A stretch of DNA of 64,000 nucleotides from Haliotis rufescens (lineage: Eukaryota). Numbering within the stretch: the stretch's first letter is position 1; each line of letters starts with the position of its first letter. Positions 53,596 to 64,000 of the stretch are shown here, one piece after another. A program made the position numbers and the translations under genes. The stretch covers positions 53,444,001 to 53,508,000 of the forward strand of contig NW_025963779.1 of assembly GCF_023055435.1 (NCBI RefSeq), read 5' to 3'. Below the pieces are notes generated by a model. It ran no database searches, was not told the origin of the DNA, and was given only the letters and a program-made list of their open reading frames with translations.

Positions 53596-53875
53596 ATGTG
53601 TGTGTGTGGGGGGGGGGGGGGGGGGGGGAAATTCTGGATGAAGAGGAATGGATTAGTGGGTTGGATTGGTATAAAGAGGAATGGATTAGTGGGTTGGAAG
53701 GATAAAGTAGAATGGATGAGTGGGTTCGAAGGATAAAGAGGAATGGATTAGTGGGTTGGAAGGATAAAGAGGAATGGACTAGTGGGTTGGAAGGATAAAG
53801 AGGAATGGATTAGTGGTTTGGATTGGTACAAAGAGGAATGGATTAGTGGATTGGAAGGCTAAAGGAATTGCTGAG
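53553..53875. repeat. (TG)n/(TGCG)n microsatellite, poly-G and a 31-33-bp G-rich minisatellite
   Basis: Run of ~22 G at ~53607-53628, followed by ~7 copies of aaagaggaatggattagtgggttggaaggat. Confidence 0.93.
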
Positions 53876-54507
53876 TGGCTGGATGGAAGGATGTTGAAGA
53901 ACAGGGCTTTATCTGCCCATATAGTGGGTAAGAACTTATGTTTCATACCTTACACTGGCATAAGTTTATAAATAAGGTATGTGGGGCTGTTTAATTGCAT
54001 GCTCCAAGTGTCAGTGCATGAGATAGGAAATGTGGAAGTGATGATTAATATAATGAAGTTGCATATATCCCTAGTGTAGTTTGACTCCTTAAACTGTGCT
54101 CATGATTCTTAAAAAGATATGTAGTGAATTAAGACAACTTCCACTTTCATACCCTTCGATCAGTGAGGATTCCGTGAAAGAATATAGGTCCAAAGCACCC
54201 TAGCTATGCTTGTCAAGAGACAACAAACAGGATTGGGTGGTCAGGATCACTGACTTGGGATGATGCATGTCATTGTATCCAAAGTGTGCGGATCAATGCT
54301 CTTAATGTCAATCAATGGATTGTCCGGCTCAGACTTAATTATATACAGATCACTATCATGTAGCTGGAATATTGCTGAGTGCAGCTTTAAACAACAAACA
54401 GACAAATCATAGCCTTGGCGAAACCTGCACAACTCATACTAAACTAGCAACACTTTCCACTGAACTGCAAGGTTCAACAATTGGGCATTGTACATCTGCA
54501 TTGCTGT

Positions 54508-54987
54508 CAATCTCATTAAAATCAGACCTTAGTTCTCGCTACCGCTAAACAAAGATCTGAAGGCATCCCATTAGGGGTCACGTCAGAACAACCTTTCATC
54601 CGACCAGTCAGAGCATGGCTTACCAGATTATGAAAGTGACAGTAGAAATGTGATTTCTAATCATGCAACCTCAAAAACTTTATTCCCAACGATAGTTATG
54701 GGTTTAACGACTGAATCCATACAATCTAGCCAATCTATTTGCCATTCGAGAATTTTCTTTTGTTCAGGTTTCAAATTTGTAATTGAGAATTTGTCAAAAT
54801 ATGTTTCAAAGCGTAGTCGCCAATTTGAAATTAGTGCCGTAAAGCACAAGAAAGCTGCCTTCTGACTGGTCATTCAATTTGTCTGTCAAAGTTTGCGCAA
54901 GGTTTGGTCTGACATAACCCGTAATGGGATGTCTTCAATCTTTTGTTGAGCGGTAGCAAGAACTAAGATCTGATTTTAATGAGATTG
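54508..54987. mobile_element. MITE with ~90-bp terminal inverted repeats and 9-bp TSD (Mutator-like/DNA9 type)
   Basis: caatctcattaaaatcagaccttagttctcgctaccgct... / ...agcggtagcaagaactaagatctgattttaatgagattg; TSD cattgctgt at 54499-54507 and 54988-54996. Confidence 0.92.
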
Positions 54988-55399
54988 CATTGCTGTCAAC
55001 TTTTTAACTACAGACTATGGACTTTTCGTTATTTCACCTGCTTACTTTTAAACAGACTTATACTTGACCAGTATATGTATGCCTGTGAAGTAGCGGACAA
55101 GGCTCCCCTTACGACAACAAAACACTGCTACTGGGGTGCGAGTTGACTGTTGCAATTACACGAAGAGACATAAAATATTCGACGTTAGCACTGTGCGTAC
55201 ATACATACTTACCCCTTCCTGAACAGAAGACCTTCTGTTTAGTCTATATCACACCCGTAATGCAACAGGACCTGTCTTCGGCTGCACGTCACACACCGTC
55301 ACTAAACTTAGTGAGAATACTCCTTTCCCTCCAGTGTATTATGAAATATTCAACGTCAGTACATTTAACAACTGGATCTATCAGTATTATACGTCCGCT

Positions 55400-55526
55400 T
55401 TATCTAGTAAACAAGCGTTTCACCTGTGCGGTTACTTCAGTTGGAACAATGTAGAATCTAACAACTGCCTTGCAAATTAAGGATGACATTAATATGGCGG
55501 TAAATAACAGCAACAATCTTCGAAAA
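55400..55526 (-). CDS. Candidate coding exon 2 of a small hydrophobic (signal peptide/anchor-like) protein
   Basis: Acceptor actcacattcaacttttgtgtaatgcttcag, in phase with exon 1: (S)FRRLLLLFTAILMSSLICKAVVRFYIVPTEVTAQVKRLFTR*. Possible donors at 55423 (cag|gtgaaa) or a consensus gtaagt at 55212. Confidence 0.35.
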
Positions 55527-55874
55527 CTGAAGCATTACACAAAAGTTGAATGTGAGTTGATTGCGAAACGAAACAGCTAGAATCTAAATGGTACCTCCTC
55601 GGATCTCTAAAGGCCTGCAGGAAGGAGTGTTTTGTTTGCTTGTTTATTTAACGCTGCAGTTACGCAATACTCCATCAGTAAATAATCGAGTATGGACCAG
55701 AAACATCTGATGATTGATATCATGAGCAACGACCCACGTTGTCGGGTACGACGACATCAACCTAGTCATCAAGCCGGAGCACCTTTAGAATACAGTACCA
55801 CAAACCATCCGGTGCATTAAGTTTCTTCATTCGCCTTTCTGAGCGCTTTGGCATCCTCTCAGTTTTTTGGGTTT

Positions 55875-56735
55875 TTTTGTTTAACGCCTCACTCAGCAAT
55901 ATTCCAGCTATATGACGGCAGTCTGTTCATAATCGAGTCTGGACCAGACAATCCAGTGACTGACATCATAATATGATGCATCAACCAAGTCAACGATCCT
56001 GACCATCCGATCCCGTTAGTCGCCCCTTACATGCATGTCCTGTGGCAAGTATATATTGCATATAGGACCAACTTGAGCAGCTTTATCAATCACCTGAATA
56101 TTACTTGCCCATGTTATTGGGTTTATTATGACAAACAGCCCTGCGAAGAAGAAAGTAATTTTAACGTAGAGCGACAAAATCACACTCGTACGTTAAATAA
56201 GGAGAATAATACACTTTAACAACAATTTTCAAATAGGATGATTGATTATGATTTTCAGACCATATTATTAATAATAAACAATAAAACTTTTGATACGATT
56301 CATCAAAACGGAAGCAAATTCTTTGTTCGTCAAATTATATTTACAAGAAAATAATATCACCAAAATATTTCATGAACACAGGCATATTTAAAACACTATG
56401 AACTGTATTGGGTTTAGTTGTAAGGGAGATCAGTGGATCAATGACGAATGCGTTCAGTCACGTGAAGAAACTCATGTTTCTCATGTTTTTCATGGGATCA
56501 ACAGTGAAATTGACAAGCAGCGATGCATTTCATGTTAGAAATACAAGAAGCATTTGTCCTAGACATCAGAACCCTACAGTTGGTTGGTTGGTTGGTTGGT
56601 TTGTTGTTTAACGCCGCACTCAGCAATATTCCAGCTATTTGACGGTGGTCTGTGAATAATCGAGTCTGGACCAGACAATCCTGTGATTAATATCATGAGC
56701 ATCGATCTACGCATTTGGGATCGATGACATGCATG
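55875..56735 (-). mobile_element. Two partial family A SINE copies (55875-56030, 56579-56735)
   Basis: Both contain tttaacgcc.cactcagcaatattccagcta...gagtctggaccagacaatcc. Confidence 0.85.
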
Positions 56736-56895
56736 AGGGCCCTGACGGGTTTTAATGCTTAACGTAAAACACCCTTCAAACACTATCGTAAACGTAAAAT
56801 TCATCTTCTTTTTTTTATCGTAAATGCTTAACGGAAAATACCAAAAAATAACTGCTTAACGTAAATAAATAATTTACTGCTTATCGTAAAATGAT
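56736..56895. mobile_element. Probable DNA transposon terminus with subterminal repeats
   Basis: Truncates a SINE, starts gagggccctgacggg and carries ~7 copies of (a/t)cgtaaa-like motifs; partner terminus not found. Confidence 0.4.
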
Positions 56896-57789
56896 TAAAA
56901 TGGTCAAAAACAGTCTGTCTTCAAGACCCAAATGCTTCGCCAGGCTGCGCAACTGACGCATTGATGAATTTTGTAGAAACATGTAGGTAAAATAACCTGG
57001 TGATAATATCATAGCAAAACAACTGATCATATGGATTTTATACAGTGTTGACTAATTTCGGATAGTAATTTGATAGAAATTAGTGCAGATTATGTTTTGA
57101 TCGAAGTTACTCATTACCCTTAAAACAACATTGAACTGGTTCTATCTGGGGGCACCGAAGATGGTTTTCGATAAGTTCTTCTTCGTGTCGTGTAACCTCG
57201 GTTACCAGCAAGATAAATCACGCCATAAAAACAACGGGAGTGGTCTCCCCTTGTGGTACAACATCGGACATTAGCCAGGGACCAACGTCAGGTTTATCGT
57301 CCCTTTTCCTGTCCGAATCGATATAATTTTACATTTTGGCCGCTTGTTGAGCTTGTTACTAAAGGACACTGTTATCTAAGAGATACATGTTATTGCATTT
57401 TATCAATGGTTATAAGATGAAATACTCTGTATAAGTCAATTACTACGTCCGACCTTATAAAGGTTGTCTTTTTGTTTGTTAGTTCATCTTAAACTTAGAT
57501 TATTTCCGGTGATAATAATCGGCGATTTAAAGAAGGTTCTGTGCTGGTTTGTTTTTGCTGTAAAAAAAACATGAAAACTTTTTAAAGGCTAGTCTAGAGG
57601 TTTAGAATAACACTTTTCATACATTGATACTATGTTGCAATCTCTAGCCATATAAGATTCTACTGCACATAGAAGGCTCTTTCGAGACCAACGCTCATTC
57701 CGGGACAAGCAGTTCACGGAAAGGAACGAGTGGCGACGATCGCTGATGGATCTCCATGGAGACCGTTGCTACTTCCGTTTTCCACTTAC

Positions 57790-57797
57790 GACGCCAT
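57790..57797 (-). CDS. Candidate first coding exon (Met-Ala-Ser, phase 2)
   Basis: caaaATGGCGTC|GTAAGTgg: good Kozak context overlapping a YY1-type motif, consensus donor, CpG-richer unique context, ETS motif (acttccg) ~15 bp into the intron. Confidence 0.45.
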
Positions 57798-59800
57798 TTT
57801 GGTTGTTACTGCTGCACTTTGTTTCCACGTCTGTGTTTGCATTTTGCTCCTTATCCCGCACGTACCGCACGTTTTGCACGATGTATGCCACTGTTGCTTT
57901 GGTTTATCATCAAGGTATCTATCAGTGGTCTCAGTGGTTAATTATCATTGCGTCTTATTTTGATTTCAAAGGTCTCAGATTAGGCTAATACATTTTGACG
58001 GATTGTATTCATAACCTGATGATGACCTTGCCGATGATTTGGAAAACAATGAAATTAAAAGAGAATGACTGACCGGCTCATTAGCAGATGGGAGTTGTCA
58101 TGTTCTTTGCCGGTCCCTTGTATATTTATGTATTTTTGGGATTTCTAGATCTATATTGTATGGTGGGAAATGTAGATCTAGGCCTCGTTTGTTTTTGTAA
58201 AAGGCTTGGAAACTTAATTATCTCAGCGATGTGATTTCTGTTATTAATGTCAAGTTTAATTCCCATAGTAAAATATTTATCACTGTAAAAGTATCATGAT
58301 AAATTATAAAAGTAACAATAAATGATGATTAATGTTCTAGCTCTTACTTACCTAGGCTATGGGATCTACTCATTGTAAAATGATTTTCTGAGAATAAAAA
58401 CTGTCAATTATAACAAAGTATTGATAGTGTAGTTTTTCAGATGTCAATTCCTAACTAAGTGTTGTGTCAAGGGTGAGGGACTGTTAAATGGGTATAAAGA
58501 ATATATGTCCTTCATGTCCCAAAATGTCCAAAGACCATTTTATCTCAACCGAAGTTACTGGCTTTGACTCCTTAAAACCACACGCATTTTTCTTTCAATA
58601 AACTCAGTCTCTTTTTGGTCTCTACAATGAGGATCGATGTGATTTTGTATCATATTTCATTTATTCTGTTATAGCTCACGACGATCTCCACAGGTTTAGG
58701 ACTTCCCAGGCCCCTGTCTCCCAAAAGTCTCTTCCTGTCCCTGATCCTGTAGGTCATTACTAAAAGAAAAAGAAATCCGAGAACCATTGCAACTAACAAT
58801 AGTTTGATACAAGTCATCTTTGTTTAGACATTATTCAGACAAATAGTACATATACTAAATAGTCAGTAGCCTCTAATAATCAGTACTCACCAAACAACAC
58901 AAGAAAGGTGACTTTCATTATTCTACCCCTCCCTAACATAACCACAGATTTTATTCTGAAATGTATGATACAATTACTTCCGACCGGGATACATGACCTT
59001 TTCTTCAACACTTGGTATCACCACTCTTAGATAGTGATTCAGAAACATGCTCATGATTAGTCGGAATCTTACAAGTAGAGATTTCCTACGTTCATGGACA
59101 TGTTTTTGTCGCTTTTCTTCTAGTCGTTAGTCTTGCTATATGTTTAAATATCCAGATAAAAGAATACGAATGACGAAAATGGTCGACTTTCTGCAGGTTT
59201 TTAACATACAGGCTATTTCATTAAACTATCGACTGGCAATGATTTCAATGATTTAAGGACATCTATTTCCTCTCTTATAAGCGCCCCAGTGTCTTCACGA
59301 TCCCCGTCAACCCCCGCTTAACGCAGCCCGACCCCCAGACCTCCCTCCTCGCCCCTGCCTCTAGAGCCAGTCCTCAAGTTGTGGTGAAAGATCTTGGTGA
59401 AGAAGAATCCAAGCAGCCCCAGTCGTGCTCGGCCGTCCTTGTGTCCTGTTTGAAATATATTTTCCCGAGTTCCTTCATGGAGAGATAGATTTTGGATTTG
59501 TTTGCTCTGCCAGTGAAGTTTGAACTACTAGTTTTAGGACTTCTCGGACGAACCATTTGGACTATTTTGGCTTAACTCTCTTAACTTATTGTATGATAAA
59601 TGTGCCTGAAGATTGCGTCTTGTATATTCGTTTTTAATTATTATTCACTGCGACTTCTGCATTCATCATTGTGAAAACAGATGGCTTCGCAGGTAGTCCA
59701 TGCCAAACGGTCTCTTCAACAAACCTATCGTTATTTTAGGAGTCTATCAAAATGGTGATAGGGTGGATGCAATGCTCAGTTGCTAAGTATTCATTTTGTA

Positions 59801-60052
59801 AGACACGTTAAGATCCGGGTTAGAATAGGTCTTCAGCAATCCGTGTAAGGCGACTATGCTTGTCGTAAGAGGCGACCAACGGGATCGGGAGGTCAGGCTC
59901 GCTGACTTGGTTAATGCATGTCATCGTATTCCAATTGCGTGGATCGGTGCTCATGACGTTAATCACTGGAGTGTCTGGTCCAGACTCGATTATTTACAGA
60001 CCGCCGTCATATAGCTGGGATATTACCGAGTGCGGCGTTAAACAACAAACAC
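59801..60052 (+). mobile_element. SINE-like family A, full length, CpG-intact (young) copy
   Basis: aagatccgggttagaataggtcttcagc...gcttgtcgtaagaggcgac...gagtgcggcgttaaacaacaaac; further fragments at ~54160-54400, 60310-60440 and 62030-62120. Confidence 0.9.
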
Positions 60053-60699
60053 ACATTTTATAACAAGAACGTGTACGTGTGTGCTGTGTCAGTGTAGTTT
60101 TGGGACATTTTCGAGGAACCATTTGGACTATTTTCTCATACATACATTTAGTTTTCATAAATTAAAATTTAAATCCAAATAATACTTCCCCGTAAACTTA
60201 CTTGAAAACCATGTGTTTAAATTTCCGTATGTGACTGTGTTCAGATTGCCTCCTTATGAAACTGATGGATGACATGTTAAATCAAGAGCAAACCGCGGAG
60301 CCCATTCTTAATGGCTCGGATGGTCGGGTTAGGTGACTTGGTTGATGCATGTCATCGTACCCTGACAGCGTGGATCGTTGCTCACAATATCAATCACGAG
60401 ATTGTTTGGTCCAGACTCGATTATTTAGGGACACCGCCATAGTTTTTAAACATATTTTATTCTCATGAAAAGGATTGGGCACAAGTTATCACAACTTAGA
60501 ACGCCCTCTCCCGTAACTTTACATGTATGCTTATTTACAGTTAATAAATTAAATGATAGAACGGAAAGAAAAGAAATAGAGAAACGTATGTACATTCACA
60601 ATGCTCACTCAAACCTTTTTGTTTTCTTAATATATGTATGGACATTCCTAAAAATGCTTTCGTTCACATGATTAGGTAAAACTGCATTGCCAACTAGCA

Positions 60700-61960
60700 T
60701 CAGGTCAATACTACATCACAGGTATCTTTCACGATTAACAATAATGAGTGCATCAATTAGTTTCTAGCTGATTTAAATAAAGGACATTCAATGAAAAAAT
60801 GATATGAATATTTACACGGGCTGCCACATTTTGGATCCTCGTTTAAACCTTTTCTATAAAATACGTCACTTTTTAATTCACTGTCATCATATCTTAATTT
60901 TGTATGTATTATGTTAATTTTCCTTAGACCATATGAAAAATTTGATGGAACTGTAGATCTATCTGTTCTTAAACTGGATTTAAATCGAGGGAATGTTTCA
61001 ATATTCCTTTGCTGAATAGGTAATGTATTCCACAATTTGATAGTGGATGGTATAAACGAGGATTCAGATAACTTAGTACGTAATAGAGACGTAGTTATGT
61101 TGTGAGCAGTTCTAAGGTTGTATGTTACGTTTGTCCCTACAGAGTGAGGTACTAGATCTTTAAGGTATGAAGGTGTCATATTGTTATATATTTTATAAAA
61201 TAAACACAATTTACGTTTTCTCCTGCGCTCTGATAAGGGCTCCAGGAAGTTTCGAAATATACATTTTTGACGGAAGTATAGGTTGGTAAACCAGTTACAA
61301 TTCTGGCTGCTTCAAGTTGGAGTTTTTCTAATCTGTCACTCTGCTCTCTGGTTCAACCGTCCCAAACTTAAAAAAATGTGATCTAATAAACATTACATAA
61401 TCTGATTCAACACACTACGACAGAGCATATACTTAACTTTCACATTGAATGAATCATCTATGATGTTTTAATAATTAAATCAATATGCCAAGAATACTTC
61501 ACGATGACGACAATATAACTAACACCCAGGTGTTTGTGTGTTTTAACATTTACAATGTTTTCATTATCCAAAAATAATTTCAAAGTTCTCTGCGGCTCTT
61601 TTGTGGAAACAAGAATTGATTTTGTTGTGCTCGGATCATATAAAATTAACCAGCCTTGAGCCCATTCATTAATTTTGTTTAAATTGCTATTCATAGAAGT
61701 TTCTATAAATTCAATGTTATTAGCCCAGGGATGTGTCATCGGCAAACAATCTTGTTGCACAGTTCAATTTATCAGTAATATCATTGATGTACACAAGGAA
61801 CAAGAAAGAGCCAAGAGCTGTTACGTAATCAGCTAGCCAGTCTAATAATTCATGTTTATACCATAACATAACAATTTATACCTAAGCCAACTGTGCCATA
61901 CTCTATCAAACGCTTTTGAAATATCGCAGAATACCATGCAATAGAACTATTTGTTATCGA
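60700..61960 (-). pseudogene. 5'-truncated, decayed non-LTR retrotransposon (CR1/L2-type) reverse transcriptase ORF2
   Basis: Reverse strand gives VFCDISKAFDRVWH (~61895-61935), LFLVYINDI, LFADDT (~61735-61752), HKHLGV, SFIPSTIKLWNTLP and C-terminal HFFIECPLF, with frameshifts and deletions. Confidence 0.92.
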
Positions 61961-62805
61961 CTGTTTGGATATGTACGGATATGTATGTAGACATAGGACT
62001 TCACTGAAAATACCCCAAAAGCGTTGGACGTCTCACATAATATCAATCACTGGGCTGTCTAGTCCAGACTCGATTATTTAGAGACCGCCGTCAAATTGCT
62101 GAGTTATTAAACAACAAAGACAAAACTCTTAATTTCACAAGAACTTTCGCATTCCAAAAAAAAAAAGATGCGGACATAAAATATTAAAATCATCATGAAA
62201 TTATCAGTGTTGTGATGGACATTGATCGTTATCTGTTTAAATGGAAAAATGTACCGTGCTTTATAAATATGAAGTTCAATACAAATATATTTATTCTGAA
62301 ATTAAACAATGCATCTTTCAATACCTGAGACACTATATGCTAGTGATTCATTAACACATGGTCATCATGCAGTCTAATCGTACGATCAACCCTGCTTTAA
62401 GCGGAGATTTCTTATAACCATGGAAATGGTTTTGTCGCTTTTATGTTATTATCACTCGGCCACAAAGAATGATATATGTATTCAGTATGTTTCTTAAGAA
62501 GTGATTAATATAAAAAAGTAATCATGCTTAATTGCTTACTAATTCTATGCTTAGTTGAATAAAAATAAATTAATTCAGAAATAAAATAATGCGTCTTTCA
62601 TTACATCTTCACAAAGATATCTCCTCGACTTTAAGGTCGTGATTCACAAATTGCAAGTGCATGTTCATCCATGGTGCACAATTTGCATGTTTGCGTGCAT
62701 ATTGGGAGCATGATGCTTACACACGTTTAATGTGAACAGCACACAATGACTGTGTTCATGTGATCATTAAAACACCGTGTTTTAACCGCAAATAACGCTT
62801 TCGCA

Positions 62806-63782
62806 ATGTCACGGCTTGCTCAAAATATAACGTCTACGCGTCGTAGATATGCTGCAAACAGGAATGGCGCCAAACGAAATTGCCAAACATTTTGATGTTC
62901 AACCATATTCGGTTAGTGCATCTACGGAATCGATACCAAACTGCCCCGGCAGTTCCTGGGTTGAGACCAATTAGTGGCTCAACGATACACAACATCAAGC
63001 GATTCGCCCAATTTTGCTTTCACGTCAAGCACGCCTAGCTTGGTGCATCTTCCCGAGACAAGACAGTTAACCGACTATAAAAGTCCAGTTTCCACCCTTG
63101 CCGAACTAGGCTGGTATTATGGAGTTACATTTAGGCTGGACTCACGAGTTTATACATAGTCCAATCAAAATCGCACAACGAAATCCAAATCCGGTTCGTA
63201 AACTGTCGTACAGATTTCGGTCGATTGCAGGATTTGCCAAACGTGCACCGCCAACGTCTTGTGAACAGATATTTTCCAAATCTTTTCATGTTTTAAATCA
63301 AACTGCTCACGTGGTTTAATGCACTTCCCGATGTAAGACCCGTTTTATCACAATGTAGACCTTGATTATCTATCAGATCGTCTTGACTGGGCGCCGCTGT
63401 TTTGTTTGAGGCAAATGCAAGTGATACTAGAGGTGGAATCTGATTGGTCCATAGGAAAGGCTTAGAAGGGACAAAACTCGCAATAGCCACTGGTGGCGCT
63501 ACGATCGAGCCCAGGAATTCCAGCCTAGTTCGGCGAGGGTGGAAACTGAACTTTTGAAGTCAGTTTACTCTCTTGCCTCGGGAAGATGAGCTTGGTGTAG
63601 ACAGCATCTGAAGTTCAGAAGACCCGGACAGTATACTGCTCATACGTGAGTCACCTTGGCAGCCGTGATGGTCGTGCAAGGGCCTACATGCGTACAGGAG
63701 GTCGTTTTAGCGATGTTTGCGTTACTCAACGTCGTCAGTTAGGGGGTGGAAGTTTAATGGTATGGGGTCGGATCACAACTCA
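62806..63782 (+). pseudogene. Decayed Tc1/mariner transposase interrupted by MITEs
   Basis: MSRLAQ..RLRVVDMLQTGMAPNEIAKHFDV (HTH); after the insertion AWCRQHLKF, DGRARAYMRTGGRFSDVCVTQRRQLGGGSLMVWG. Confidence 0.85.
63046..63588. mobile_element. MITE with ~70-bp terminal inverted repeats and 9-bp TSD
   Basis: catcttcccgagacaaga... / ...tcttgcctcgggaagatg; TSD agcttggtg at 63037-63045 and 63589-63597. Confidence 0.93.
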
Positions 63783-64000
63783 CATCTTCCCGAGTCAGGA
63801 GGTTAACTGACTTTAAAAGACCAGTTTTCACCCTAGCCAAACTACGCTGGCATGTCAGTGGTTATTACGAGTTTTGTCCCTTCTATGACCCTCCTTTTGA
63901 CCAATCAGATTCTATCGCTCATATAACGAGATTTGCATTTGCTTCAAACAAAATGGCAGCGCCCAGTGAAGTCGATCTGATCGTTAATCAAGATCAACAT
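63783..64000. mobile_element. Second, diverged copy of the same MITE family, opposite orientation, runs off the window
   Basis: Starts catcttcccgag; interior matches the reverse complement of 63360-63588 (cgagttttgtcccttcta, gaccaatcagatt, ttgcatttgc.tcaaacaaaa). Confidence 0.88.

Noticed and set aside
57730-57988. Three overlapping plus-strand ORFs
   Set aside because: Short, unrecognisable and T-rich; the region is better explained as promoter/5' UTR of the minus-strand candidate.

Overview
Eukaryotic (animal) genomic DNA, AT-rich and dominated by repeats, with two assembly gaps (17671-17819, 28168-28304). The repeat families look molluscan, possibly abalone-like; this is recollection, not a database match. 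I cannot name any intact protein-coding gene. Nearly all long ORFs in the track are artefacts of stop-poor minisatellites. Supported content: about ten different minisatellite arrays (roughly 15 kb, estimated by eye), two decayed Tc1/mariner transposases, a decayed CR1/L2-type LINE, four SINE-like families, and several MITEs with clean terminal inverted repeats and target-site duplications (TSDs). Splice signals on the minus strand suggest a spliced transcript starting near 57.8 kb: ATGGCGTC|gtaagt, an in-phase second exon that reads like a signal peptide, and an 18-nt microexon at 13.7 kb. Most of the window may therefore be intronic. The most interesting leads are: (i) that candidate small secreted or membrane peptide gene; (ii) an abundant retroposon whose head has no Pol III boxes but can fold into a pseudoknot; (iii) minisatellites born at transposon junctions or from a SINE segment; (iv) an ETS-CRE motif array next to a hammerhead-like core. 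None amounts to a demonstrated new biological system.
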